Position numbers and translations under genes: made by a program. The notes below the pieces were generated by a model that saw nothing but the letters and a program-made list of their open reading frames with translations, searched no databases and had not been told where the DNA came from. Positions 25,422 to 34,196 of a stretch of 64,000 nucleotides of DNA are shown here, in pieces. How positions within the stretch are numbered: the stretch's first letter is position 1; the number at the start of each line of letters is the position of its first letter. Origin of the DNA: an uncultured Gammaproteobacteria bacterium (GTDB lineage: Bacteria; Patescibacteriota; Patescibacteriia; CAYZDG01); assembly GCA_964536515.1 (NCBI GenBank), contig CAZHXI010000001.1, forward strand, positions 31,480 to 95,479, in the 5' to 3' direction.

Positions 25422-25868
25422 TTACTTCTGCTTCGTTACTACACGCTGGGGTACAGCATTGCGCTGCATATTCCAGGCGCTGGTCATGCTCGTATCGACG
25501 AAGATTTTTGAGTGGGGACCCAGGTGGTCACGGTGCACTAGGCACCTGTTGCATGCGTCCCTGTCGGTTGCCACAACGGCAAAGTCGTGGTCTTCTCCAT
25601 CGTCAGATGAGACACGGACCACGCCAATGCACTGTAGCGTGCTGCCGTATTGCTCGCAGAGTTCGGCGAGTTCACGTGGCGACTGGGGCGAGGGGTGCGT
25701 AATGTTCACGGTTAGCCTGCTGTCGCGGACCACGTGCTCTCGCAGCTCTCCCCTCGGGGTTGGCAGCGCCTCATTGATGCGAACCTGACTGACGCCCGCC
25801 CCAAATAGGCGAGTTCGTACGAAGCTTTGCAGCCCCTCTCCTGGGGCCACTGGAATGAAAGAATCCAT
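25422..25868 (-). CDS. Hypothetical protein in a lower-GC island
   Basis: Start at internal ATG (MDSFIPVAPG…); no recognisable motifs. Region 25380-26190 is visibly lower GC, with an AT-rich upstream tract at 25860-25990. Confidence 0.35.
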   Translation of the reverse strand: MDSFIPVAPGEGLQSFVRTRLFGAGVSQVRINEALPTPRGELREHVVRDSRLTVNITHPSPQSPRELAELCEQYGSTLQCIGVVRVSSDDGEDHDFAVVATDRDACNRCLVHRDHLGPHSKIFVDTSMTSAWNMQRNAVPQRVVTKQK

Positions 25869-26193
25869 TTTTTCTGCTCGGTTTTTTGTTTTTCGGTTTT
25901 GAAAATCGAGATAGTTTCCGCCACCTTTCCGTTGGCGGTTTAGTTTCGGGTTATATATTTGAAGTCTTGTAGGGGTTAATTTTGGGTCGGCCGGGGCGCC
26001 GGGCAGCGGAACCGAAAACCGCTGCCCGGTGCTGGCGGCGCACGGAAAACTCGATGGCGTTTGTAGCTTTCGCGGCGAACACGGCACAGCGTGCTCCCGA
26101 CCGACCCTTAGTGAGTTGAACTCAGATCATTCCCTTAGGAATTCAATGAGCTTACGCCAGGATAGTGCTACTAAGCTTAAGAAATGTCAAGCC

Positions 26194-28293
26194 TCATTCG
26201 AGGTGGCTGGTCGTCTCTAGCCGCTGCAATGCTGTGGCCAGCAGGGGGCTACGGGCTAGGCTGGGGTCATTCGCCAGCAGGGCCTCGGCTTCGGCCGCTG
26301 CGGCGCGGACCAGCTCCTGGTCTGCCAGGCTGGCAACCTTCAGCTGGGCCATCTGCCCGGACTGCTCGGTGCCCAGCAGCTGCCCTGGCCCGCGGATCTG
26401 CAGGTCTGCCTCGGCGAGGGCGAAGCCGTCGTCGTAGCGTTCCAGCAGCAGCAGGCGCTGCAGCGCATCTGGCCTTCCCGTTTCGCACAGTAGGTAGCAG
26501 CTGCTGGCGTGCTGCCCGCGTCCAATGCGTCCGCGTAGCTGGTGGAGCTGGGCTAGGCCGAACCGCTCGGCGCCCTCAATCGCCACGAGCGTCGCATTGG
26601 GTACGTCCACGCCTACCTCGATGACCGTGGTCGTTACCAGTACGTCCAATTCTCCGGCGGCGAACTGCCGCATGGCCTCGGACTTCTGCTTGGGGCGTAG
26701 CTGGCCGTGCAGCAGGCCCAGCCGTAGGCCGGATAGGGGGCCGTCGCGTAGCCGCTCGAACTCCGTGGTCGCCGCGCGCACGCCCATGGTGTCTGTCTCT
26801 GCCACCCTGGGGCAGACGATGAAGGCTTGGCGCCCAGCCGCCACCTCGCGACGGATGGCGGCGTACAGGTCGTCTCGTCGGTGGGGCGGCAGCACGTGCG
26901 TGGCGATCGGCGTGCGGCCCGCCGGCTTCTGCCGCAGCGTGGAGCACTCCAGCTGGCCGTACAGCAGCAGGGCGAGGGTGCGGGGGATGGGGGTGGCCGT
27001 CATGGTCAGCAGGTGGGGTGTTAGCCCATCCGCGTGCTGGCGCAGCGCAGCCCGCTGGTTAACGCCGAAGCGGTGCTGCTCGTCTACCACCACCAGCGCC
27101 AGCCTATCCAGCGGTACGCCCTCGCCTAGTAGCGCGTGGGTGCCGACGGCGATGGAGACCTTGCCCTGCTTCAGCCGCTTAGCTACGTCCGCCTTGGTCC
27201 CGACGTAGCTCTGCCCGCCCCGCTCAGCGGGGTCTCCGTCCCACCACTCACGCCGCGTCGCCGTCAGCAGGCATACGCCAACGTTCTGTCCAGCTAGCAC
27301 CTTGGTCAGCGTAGCCCAGTGCTGCTCGGCCAGGACCGCGGTGGGGGCCAGCAGGCAGGCCTGGAATCCAGCCTTGGCTGCAGCCAGGCAGGCGATTGCT
27401 GCCACGGCTGTCTTGCCCGAACCCACGTCGCCCTGCAGCAGCCGCTGCATCGCCTGGGGCTCGGCCATGTCCTTGAGTATCTGCCACGCGGCGGACCGCT
27501 GGTCGTCCGTAAGCTTGAAGGGTAGGCCGGCTACCATCTGCTGGACGGCGGGTATATCTGCATCTACGGAGGGGGCTGTGGCGCCACGGCTAGCCGCCAG
27601 CGCCATGCGGCCGCGTAGCGACAGCAGCAGCAGCTCGTCGAACGCCAGGCGGCGGCGCGCCGTTTCCAGCTGCTCGGCGCTATCGGGGAAGTGGTACCAG
27701 CGGACGGCGTCCCCCCGGGGGGCGAGCTCGCGCTGCTTTCGGATGCTCTCGGGCAGGGGGTCTGGCAGGTTGGCGGCGAGGGCAATTGCCTCGCTCACCA
27801 GGAACCGCAGCTGCTTCTGCGACGCTCCGTCCGTTGCCGGGTACACGGGAACCAGCCGGCTGGTGTGCGTGGGCGGCCGGTCGTCCGTCAGCCGTTCGTA
27901 CGTAGGGCTGGCCATGGAGAGCTGCAGCGTATTCCCGTCCACCCTTCCCGCCAGCGACACCTTCGTCCCGGGCGTAAGGATCTTGGCGACGTACGGCTGG
28001 TGGAACCAGGCTACCTTGAGCTGCCCCGTGTCGTCCGCTACCACGGCTTCGGTTACCACCATGCGTCGCCGGAACGAGCGGCGGCTGGCGATGAGCTCCA
28101 CCCGGCCGTGGACCGTAGCCGTTTCACCGGGGACGAGCTCGGCTATTGGCACCACCCGGGTGAGGTCGTCGTGGCGTACCGGCAGGTGGTTCAGCAGGTC
28201 GGCCGCGGTGCGTAGACCCAGCCTAGCCAGGGCGGCTCCGGCAGACTTTCCTATGCGGCCCATGCCGACGATTGGGGTGTCTAGGGTTAGCAT
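26194..28293 (-). CDS. recG: ATP-dependent DNA helicase RecG
   Basis: 699 aa. N-terminal wedge domain; helicase motifs DVGSGKT (Walker A), VVDEQHRFG (DEQH box), and C-terminal RGRIGRG. Confidence 0.9.
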   Translation of the reverse strand: MLTLDTPIVGMGRIGKSAGAALARLGLRTAADLLNHLPVRHDDLTRVVPIAELVPGETATVHGRVELIASRRSFRRRMVVTEAVVADDTGQLKVAWFHQPYVAKILTPGTKVSLAGRVDGNTLQLSMASPTYERLTDDRPPTHTSRLVPVYPATDGASQKQLRFLVSEAIALAANLPDPLPESIRKQRELAPRGDAVRWYHFPDSAEQLETARRRLAFDELLLLSLRGRMALAASRGATAPSVDADIPAVQQMVAGLPFKLTDDQRSAAWQILKDMAEPQAMQRLLQGDVGSGKTAVAAIACLAAAKAGFQACLLAPTAVLAEQHWATLTKVLAGQNVGVCLLTATRREWWDGDPAERGGQSYVGTKADVAKRLKQGKVSIAVGTHALLGEGVPLDRLALVVVDEQHRFGVNQRAALRQHADGLTPHLLTMTATPIPRTLALLLYGQLECSTLRQKPAGRTPIATHVLPPHRRDDLYAAIRREVAAGRQAFIVCPRVAETDTMGVRAATTEFERLRDGPLSGLRLGLLHGQLRPKQKSEAMRQFAAGELDVLVTTTVIEVGVDVPNATLVAIEGAERFGLAQLHQLRGRIGRGQHASSCYLLCETGRPDALQRLLLLERYDDGFALAEADLQIRGPGQLLGTEQSGQMAQLKVASLADQELVRAAAAEAEALLANDPSLARSPLLATALQRLETTSHLE

Positions 28294-28337
28294 GGGATGG
28301 GGGCTCGATTCTTGTTATAGTACGGGTATAAATCGTC

Positions 28338-28952
28338 GTGTCCAAGCTTAACCGGCAACCTATGTACGAACCCAAGCCGCTGCCCCACGGTACCCAGCTC
28401 GAGGGCATATCCGAGAAGACCCATACCATCCACCACGGCAAGCTGTACACCGGCTACGTGAACAAGAGGAACGAGATCGTGGATAAGCTGAAGGCGGTAG
28501 ACCTGGGCGGCGCCAACGCTACCTACAGCGAGCTGCGTAGCCTGAAGGCAGAGGAGACGTTCGCCGCCAACGGCGTGGTGCTGCACGAGGTGTTCTTCGA
28601 CGTCGTGGGCGAGCCGGGCGGCGAGGCGCCGCAGCTGCAGGCCAGGCTAGCTGCAGACTTCGGGTCGCTAGAGAGCTGGCAGCAGCTGTTCGCCGCCTGC
28701 GGCATGGCTGCGCGCGGCTGGGTGGTGCTGGCCTGGGATACGAACGACGGCAAGCTGGCGGTGTACACCGGCGACGCCCACAACCAGGGCGGCGTCTGGG
28801 GCTGCATCCCCATCGTTACGTTGGACGTGTACGAGCACGCCTACTTCATAGACTTTGGCAGCGACCGCAAGGCCTACCTGGAGGCGTTCTGGAAGAACTT
28901 TAATTGGGCTGCCGCCGAGCGTAGGTTCCTGGCGGCGACTAACGCAGCGTAA
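28338..28952 (+). CDS. sodA: Fe/Mn superoxide dismutase
   Basis: HHGKLYTGYV, WGCIPIVTLDVYEHAYFIDF (the D-x-W-E-H-A-Y-Y family motif) and metal-ligand His positions. Confidence 0.85.
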   Translation: MSKLNRQPMYEPKPLPHGTQLEGISEKTHTIHHGKLYTGYVNKRNEIVDKLKAVDLGGANATYSELRSLKAEETFAANGVVLHEVFFDVVGEPGGEAPQLQARLAADFGSLESWQQLFAACGMAARGWVVLAWDTNDGKLAVYTGDAHNQGGVWGCIPIVTLDVYEHAYFIDFGSDRKAYLEAFWKNFNWAAAERRFLAATNAA

Positions 28953-28954
28953 GT

Positions 28955-29989
28955 ATGGCCAAGCCATCCGTCGTCTTCTTCGACCTCCGTCCCTGGGAGC
29001 AGGAATACCTGCAGCGTAAGCTGCCGGGCTACCGTGCCCAGTTCACCGCCGACTACGCCCACCGGGCAGACCTGAAGCAGTACCGTTCGGCCGAGGTGGT
29101 ATCTACCTTCACCAAGTCCAAGCTGGGCTCCGAGGTGCTGGCTAAGTTCCCCAAGCTCAAGATGGTCGCCACCCGTACCACGGGCTTCGACCACATCGAC
29201 CTCGCCTACTGCGCCAAGCGCAAGGTGATCGTTTCCAACGTCCCCAGCTACGGCGAGAATACCGTGGCCGAGCAGGCCTTCGCCCTTCTGATGCACCTCA
29301 CCCGCAAGGTGGCGGACGCCCAGCGGCGCGTGAGGGCGGGGGACTGGTCGTTCGACGGGCTGCAGGGCATCGACCTGAAGGGCAAGACAATGGGCGTGAT
29401 TGGCCTGGGTAGGATTGGGGCGCACGCCGCCCGCATCGCCCGCGGCTTCGGCATGGATGTCCTGGCCTACGACGTCATCCACCACCCCGAGTTGGCAAAG
29501 GAGATTGGCTTCCGCTACGTCGCGCTGCCCGAGCTGCTGAAGTCTAGCGACGTGGTGAGCGTGCACACCTTCCTCGCCCCCGAGACGCAGCACCTGCTGG
29601 ACCGTAGGGCGATCCGCTCCATGAAGCGGGGGGCGATTCTCATCAATACCGCCCGTGGCCCCATAGTGGACACCGCCGCGCTGGCGGAGGCGCTGCTGGA
29701 TGGCCACCTGGCCGGCGCTGGGCTCGACGTGCTGGAGGGGGAGGAGTACCTAGCCAATCCCAGCCTGCTGACCAAGGAGAAGCTAGCTGCGGCGCAGGTT
29801 CGCTCGCTGATGTTCGCCAACCTGCTGCTGGCTATGCCCAACGTGGTGGTGACGCCGCACAACGCCTTCAATACCGGCGAGGCAATCCGCCGTATTCTAG
29901 ATACGACCGTCGCCAACATTAAGGCGTTCGCCACTGGTAAGCCGGAGAACGTGGTCCCATCGGGCCCCGTGCCAAAGGCTCGGCGCTAG
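28955..29989 (+). CDS. D-isomer-specific 2-hydroxyacid dehydrogenase (LdhA/SerA-like)
   Basis: GKTMGVIGLGRIGAHAARIARGFGMDVLAYD NAD-binding motif; catalytic R/E/H region (…INTARGPIVD…VTPHNAF). Confidence 0.8.
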   Translation: MAKPSVVFFDLRPWEQEYLQRKLPGYRAQFTADYAHRADLKQYRSAEVVSTFTKSKLGSEVLAKFPKLKMVATRTTGFDHIDLAYCAKRKVIVSNVPSYGENTVAEQAFALLMHLTRKVADAQRRVRAGDWSFDGLQGIDLKGKTMGVIGLGRIGAHAARIARGFGMDVLAYDVIHHPELAKEIGFRYVALPELLKSSDVVSVHTFLAPETQHLLDRRAIRSMKRGAILINTARGPIVDTAALAEALLDGHLAGAGLDVLEGEEYLANPSLLTKEKLAAAQVRSLMFANLLLAMPNVVVTPHNAFNTGEAIRRILDTTVANIKAFATGKPENVVPSGPVPKARR

Positions 29990-30003
29990 CGTATAGTAGC
30001 CCT

Positions 30004-30492
30004 ATGTCCAACGACTCACCGCGAACGCCCAGCACAGCCCAGGACGTCTTCCTGCACCTGGGGATATTCGTAACCCTGTACACGGCCGTCATCAGCCTCG
30101 GCGGCGTAGTCTTCCAGCTCATCAATAAGCTGGTGCCAGACCCGCTGGTCAGCCGCTACCCGTCCTACGCCGAGGGCATTAGCCAGGCGCTGCGTATCTC
30201 GGTGGCGTCTCTGGTCGTCGCCGTGCCGCTCTGCCTGTGGCTGGGGGCGATTGCCGCGCGGCAGCTGCGGCAGGAGCCAGCTAAGCTGCGGCTGGGAATT
30301 CGCCGCGGACTCATCTACTTCACGCTGTTCGTCGCCGGGGCCGTGATGATGGTTACCCTCATCACCGTCGTGAATAGCCTGCTGGGCGGCGACCTAGAGG
30401 CCCGCTTCATCCTCAAGGCTCTGACCATTCTCGTCTTGGGCGGCGCCACCTTCGGCTACCATATGTGGGAGGTTAAGCAGCACGGGGTATGA
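30004..30492 (+). CDS. Hypothetical polytopic membrane protein
   Basis: 162 aa with 4 hydrophobic helices. Confidence 0.4.
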   Translation: MSNDSPRTPSTAQDVFLHLGIFVTLYTAVISLGGVVFQLINKLVPDPLVSRYPSYAEGISQALRISVASLVVAVPLCLWLGAIAARQLRQEPAKLRLGIRRGLIYFTLFVAGAVMMVTLITVVNSLLGGDLEARFILKALTILVLGGATFGYHMWEVKQHGV

Positions 30493-31004
30493 ACGTCCGT
30501 CGCATCGCAGCTCTCACCCTGGCCGGCGTCAGCGCCGTTGCGGTGGTCGCCAGCTTAGCCATTGCCGGCTCGCCCTCCAGGGCGCGCCTGCAGCGGTACG
30601 ACTACCAGCGGGTAGCTGACCTGCAGACCATAGACGGCGCGGTGGTAACCTACGCCAGCCGGCAGTACCGCCTATCCGGTGAGGCCGGCCTACCTACCGG
30701 CGGCGCGCTGCTGCCCGAGAACCTAGCGGCGCTACGTCAGATGCCCGGCTACGGCGAGCTGTTCCTGCAGGACCCCATTACCGAGCAGCCCTACACCTAC
30801 CGCGTGGTGGACGGCGTTACCTACGAGCTGTGTGCGACTTTCCAGGCTGCCAGCCAAGAGCAGGCAGAGGATAGCCCCCTGGCTCCAACCTGGAGCCACG
30901 GCGTTGGGCCGACCTGCTTCACTCGGTCTATTGATCCCGTGCAGTTCGGTTCAGAGGGCAGCGGGTACCCGATTGGGGTACCGAAGCCGCTACCGCTGCA
31001 GTAG
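30489..31004 (+). CDS. Hypothetical membrane-anchored/secreted protein
   Basis: Overlaps the upstream stop by 4 nt; N-terminal signal-anchor AALTLAGVSAVAVVASLAIAG. Confidence 0.4.
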   Translation: MNVRRIAALTLAGVSAVAVVASLAIAGSPSRARLQRYDYQRVADLQTIDGAVVTYASRQYRLSGEAGLPTGGALLPENLAALRQMPGYGELFLQDPITEQPYTYRVVDGVTYELCATFQAASQEQAEDSPLAPTWSHGVGPTCFTRSIDPVQFGSEGSGYPIGVPKPLPLQ

Positions 31005-31457
31005 GGTAATCGCTGCGGCGAGCGTTGCCAGCTGCACGCCGTAGCCAATCCACGGCCGCACCAAGCCCCGCCCCAGCAGGCGGTGTGCCTTCAGGTGCAG
31101 CTGCTCGAACCAGCGCAGCCAGGGAATCCCCGGGCGCAGCGCAGCTATGCCCCAGAGTAGGTCTGGCAGAGCTGCGCCCGCTGCTGCCGCAATAGCTATC
31201 GGTCCGACGACGACGCCAGACCTCACCAGCCAGGCTAGGAGGATAACCCAGGTCGCGATATCCGCTGCGCCGAAAGTAATTACGAACCTCCGTGTGCTCC
31301 ATCCCCGTGCGTGGAGCCGGTCCAGCAGGTAGTCGTCGCCGTGGGGGATCATGTCTAGGATGAAGTGGCTCGCCAGGCCGAATAGCCCGGCCAGCGCGGG
31401 GCTGCCCAGGTTCTGCGTGGCGGCAATTGCTGCCGCGGCGTGCACTGCTATGAACAT
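30990..31457 (-). CDS. Membrane-bound metal-dependent hydrolase-like (YdjM/DUF457-like) protein
   Basis: HFILDMIPHGDDY motif within a 4-TM protein. The start may be internal, since the ORF abuts a tRNA. Confidence 0.4.
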   Translation of the reverse strand: MFIAVHAAAAIAATQNLGSPALAGLFGLASHFILDMIPHGDDYLLDRLHARGWSTRRFVITFGAADIATWVILLAWLVRSGVVVGPIAIAAAAGAALPDLLWGIAALRPGIPWLRWFEQLHLKAHRLLGRGLVRPWIGYGVQLATLAAAITLLQR

Positions 31458-31467
31458 TTCGTAGGGG

Positions 31468-31544
31468 TGGTAGCGGGGGGCGGAGTCGAACCGCCGACCT
31501 AAGGGTTATGAATCCTTCGCTCTTACCACCTGAGCTACCCCGCC
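31468..31544 (-). tRNA. tRNA with CAT anticodon (elongator Met or Ile2-lysidine)
   Basis: Cloverleaf GGCGGGG-TA-GCTCAGGTGGTAAGAGC-G-AAGGA-TTCATAA-CCCTT-AGGTC-GGCGGTTCGACTCCGCC-CCCCGCT-A-CCA (minus strand); encoded CCA. Confidence 0.8.
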
Positions 31545-31584
31545 ACGGGACGGATGAATCTACCTCGGTATCAAAGTATAAACT

Positions 31585-31660
31585 TGGTAGCGGGGGCGGG
31601 ACTCGAACCCGCAACCTCTTGGTTATGAGCCAAGCGAGCTGCCAATTGCTCTACCCCGCA
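31585..31660 (-). tRNA. Second tRNA with CAT anticodon (Met/Ile2); 1-72 position is a U-U mismatch
   Basis: TGCGGGG-TA-GAGCAATTGGCAGCTC-G-CTTGG-CTCATAA-CCAAG-AGGTT-GCGGGTTCGAGTCCCGC-CCCCGCT-A-CCA (minus strand). Confidence 0.75.
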
Positions 31661-31716
31661 ATAGTGGAAGGCGCACCCGTAGGTGCGCCCCCCATAGTAC
31701 TGGCTGGAATGGTTCT

Positions 31717-32001
31717 TTACAAGACCGCGTCCTTGGCCGCCTTGGCGACCCGGAACTTGACCACCGTCTTGGCGGCAATCTTAATCGACTCGCCGGTCGC
31801 TGGGTTGCGGCCCATGCGGGCGGGGCGGTCGATCTTCACCAGCTTCCCGAGGCCGGGAATGGTGAACTCGCCGGCGCGCTTCACCTCCTTGTAGGCGCCC
31901 TCTACCAGGGCGTTCAGGAAATTAGCGGCATCCTTCTTCGCGCCGCCGGTGCTGGTAGCCAGCATATCCAGCAGCTGCGACTTCGTTAGCTTCTGAGCCA
32001 T
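31717..32001 (-). CDS. hup: HU/IHF-family nucleoid-associated DNA-binding protein
   Basis: MAQKLTKSQLLDMLA…FTIPGLGKLVKIDRPARMGRNPATGESIKIAAKTVVKFRVAKAAKDAV, the HU arm signature (R-N-P-x-T-G). Confidence 0.85.
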   Translation of the reverse strand: MAQKLTKSQLLDMLATSTGGAKKDAANFLNALVEGAYKEVKRAGEFTIPGLGKLVKIDRPARMGRNPATGESIKIAAKTVVKFRVAKAAKDAVL

Positions 32002-32086
32002 AGCTTTAGGTTACGGTTTAGGTTAGGCCTGTATTATAAGGCTTTTTCAATAAAGGGAAATCCCCAGGCTAGGGGATTCGTGTACA

Positions 32087-32809
32087 ATGCCAGCAGGTAT
32101 GACCATTTCGTTCGTGGTGCCAGCCCGGAATGAGGAGCGGTACATAGAGCAGACGCTCCGTGCTATTTTGGCTCAACCGAGCGAATTGATTAAGGAAATA
32201 ACGTTGGTAGACAACGGCAGCACCGACCGAACCGTGGCCCTCGCCACGGCTCTGGATCCCCGCATCAAGGTCCTCTCGCAGCCCCGCCCGGGCATTGCCC
32301 CGACCAAGGCCGCTGGCATTGCAGCTGCCCAGGGGGATATTGTGGCCTGCATCGACGCCGACACCGTAATTCCACCCCACTGGGCCGCCCGGGTCGTATC
32401 CGCCTTTACCCACCAGCCCCAGCTGGCGGCAGTTTCTGGCCCCTACGTCTTCGATATGGAACCCGTGGGCCGTGCCCTGAATGCCCTGTACCAGGTAATC
32501 GGCTTCGTTCCGCTGCACGCCCTGGTGAACTGGCTCGGCTTTATGGCTGTAGCTAACGGCGGCAACCTCGCCATACGTCATTCAGCCTGCCGCGACCTGG
32601 GCGACTACGTAGACGTGGTCAAGTTCCACGGCGAGGATGCCTACCTCATTCGCCAGGTTCGCCGCCGTGGCCCGGTGCTGTTCAGCCCCAGGTTCGCCGC
32701 CTTCTCCAGCGACCGCCGCCTACGTGCCAATGGCCGCCTCAAGGTAGTGGGGGATAACGCTATAAGCTGGCTCTCGGTGGCGCTGCGCGGCAAGCCAGCA
32801 GAGCTGTAG
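32087..32809 (+). CDS. Family-2 glycosyltransferase
   Basis: ISFVVPARNEERYIEQTLRAILAQ…VDNGSTDRT…IDADT (GT2 DxD region). Confidence 0.75.
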   Translation: MPAGMTISFVVPARNEERYIEQTLRAILAQPSELIKEITLVDNGSTDRTVALATALDPRIKVLSQPRPGIAPTKAAGIAAAQGDIVACIDADTVIPPHWAARVVSAFTHQPQLAAVSGPYVFDMEPVGRALNALYQVIGFVPLHALVNWLGFMAVANGGNLAIRHSACRDLGDYVDVVKFHGEDAYLIRQVRRRGPVLFSPRFAAFSSDRRLRANGRLKVVGDNAISWLSVALRGKPAEL

Positions 32810-32811
32810 CT

Positions 32812-33180
32812 ATGGATACGCTGCGCGACGTCGTTTCGGTTCAGTTCGTGGCTGCATGCCTGGGCGCGGCGCTGGTTCTGGTGGAGATATTTCGCCAGGG
32901 TGGCCGCTACAGCATTAAGCTGGTGACGGGCATTGGCCTGGGGTCTGCCCTGGTCTTAGCTATCGGCTCTGGCTACCTAGAGCTCACGGCGTTCTCCGTC
33001 CGCATCGTCGTCTTGAGCTGGCTCAGCTTCTTCGGCGGCTACCTGGGCGCGGCGCTGCTGGTGGCCCTGTACGCCGTGGCCGTGGTCAGCCTGTGCCTGG
33101 CCGTTGTCGGTCTCAATCGGACGTGGGGTTGGGTAAGCCAGCGGCTGACGCGTCCGCGAAGCCGTACTGTCCCTCACTGA
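32812..33180 (+). CDS. Small polytopic membrane protein (GtrA-like partner of the glycosyltransferase, by position)
   Basis: 122 aa, 4 hydrophobic helices; the start follows the GT2 stop by 2 nt. Confidence 0.4.
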   Translation: MDTLRDVVSVQFVAACLGAALVLVEIFRQGGRYSIKLVTGIGLGSALVLAIGSGYLELTAFSVRIVVLSWLSFFGGYLGAALLVALYAVAVVSLCLAVVGLNRTWGWVSQRLTRPRSRTVPH

Positions 33181-33183
33181 ATT

Positions 33184-33270
33184 TGGTGCCGGGGGAGGGG
33201 GTCGAACCCTCACGATCTTGCGATCTCGGGATTTTGAGTCCCGTGCGTCTGCCAGTTTCGCCACCCCGGC
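33184..33270 (-). tRNA. tRNA-Leu (CAA) with long variable arm
   Basis: GCCGGGG-TG-GCGAAACTGGCAGACGC-A-CGGGA-CTCAAAA-TCCCG-AGATCGCAAGATCGT-GAGGGTTCGACCCCCTC-CCCCGGC-A-CCA (minus strand). Confidence 0.8.
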
Positions 33271-33332
33271 TCGACGTCAGTCCACCATACCCTTGGGGCA
33301 GCGTCAACGCGACGGTATACTGACTGCCTGCT

Positions 33333-34106
33333 ATGAGCCGAACGATTGCCATCGTCAACCAGAAGGGCGGGGTGCGCAAGACCACTTCGGCCGTTACCAG
33401 GAGCCCAGCACTGGCCCGCCCGGGTTTCCGCGTGCTGCTGGTCGACGCAGACCCGCAGGGCAACGCTACGTCAGGCCTGGGCATAAACCCGCACGAGCTT
33501 CCGCACAGCCTGTACGATGTGATCGCCGAGGGGCCGACCACCGTCGCCGACGTACGGCTAGGCACGACCGTAGACAAGCTGCACGTGGTGCCCGCGCGGC
33601 CCGACCTAGCCGGGGCCAACGTAGAGCTGGTGGGCATGCCCGAGCGAGAGTTCCGCCTGCACCGGGCCCTGCAGCCGATTGCGGATGACTACGACTTCAT
33701 CATCATAGACAATCCTCCGTCTCTCGGCTTGTTGACCATCAACGGGCTGGTAGCGGCCCACGACGTGCTGATTCCCGTGCAGTGCGAGTACTACGCGCTG
33801 GAGGGGCTGGGCCAGCTGCTGCGCACGGTGGAGCTGGTCCGCAGCAACCTCAAGCCGGACCTCAACATACTCGGCGCTGTGATGACCATGTACGACGGCC
33901 GCAATAAGCTCAGCGAGGCGGTGTTCAACGAGCTGTACCAGTACTTCCCCAACCGCATCTTCCGCACCGTCATTCCGCGGACGGTCCGCTTGGCCGAGGC
34001 GCCCTCGCACGGGCAGGACATTGGCGTGTACGAGCCCGAGGGTAGGGCCGCCCGCGCCTACGGCAAGCTGGCCCAGGAGGTAGCTGCGGCGTACAGGGGC
34101 TGGTAG
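33333..34106 (+). CDS. parA: ParA/Soj chromosome partitioning ATPase
   Basis: Deviant Walker A AIVNQKGGVRKTT; VLLVDADPQGNATS; IIIDNPPSLG. Confidence 0.85.
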   Translation: MSRTIAIVNQKGGVRKTTSAVTRSPALARPGFRVLLVDADPQGNATSGLGINPHELPHSLYDVIAEGPTTVADVRLGTTVDKLHVVPARPDLAGANVELVGMPEREFRLHRALQPIADDYDFIIIDNPPSLGLLTINGLVAAHDVLIPVQCEYYALEGLGQLLRTVELVRSNLKPDLNILGAVMTMYDGRNKLSEAVFNELYQYFPNRIFRTVIPRTVRLAEAPSHGQDIGVYEPEGRAARAYGKLAQEVAAAYRGW

Positions 34107-34107
34107 G

Positions 34108-34173
34108 GGGAGGACTGAGGACGCAGGACTTAGGACATAGAACCCCAATCGTTTCCCGTCCTATGTCCTAAGT
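34108..34173. repeat. Heptameric direct repeats (gaGGAC tgaGGAC gcaGGAC ttaGGAC atagAAC) overlapping a 13-bp inverted repeat (ACTTAGGACATAG … CTATGTCCTAAGT, 20-nt spacer) between parA and parB
   Basis: Read directly from 34108-34173. Confidence 0.6.
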
Positions 34174-34196
34174 TCTGTTTCCTGTATTCTACCTGC

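Noticed and set aside
31585-31660. The second CAT tRNA as initiator tRNA-fMet because of the 1-72 mismatch.
   Set aside because: The anticodon stem lacks the three consecutive G-C pairs (29-31/39-41), and the mismatch is U-U rather than C-A. It is more likely elongator Met or Ile2.
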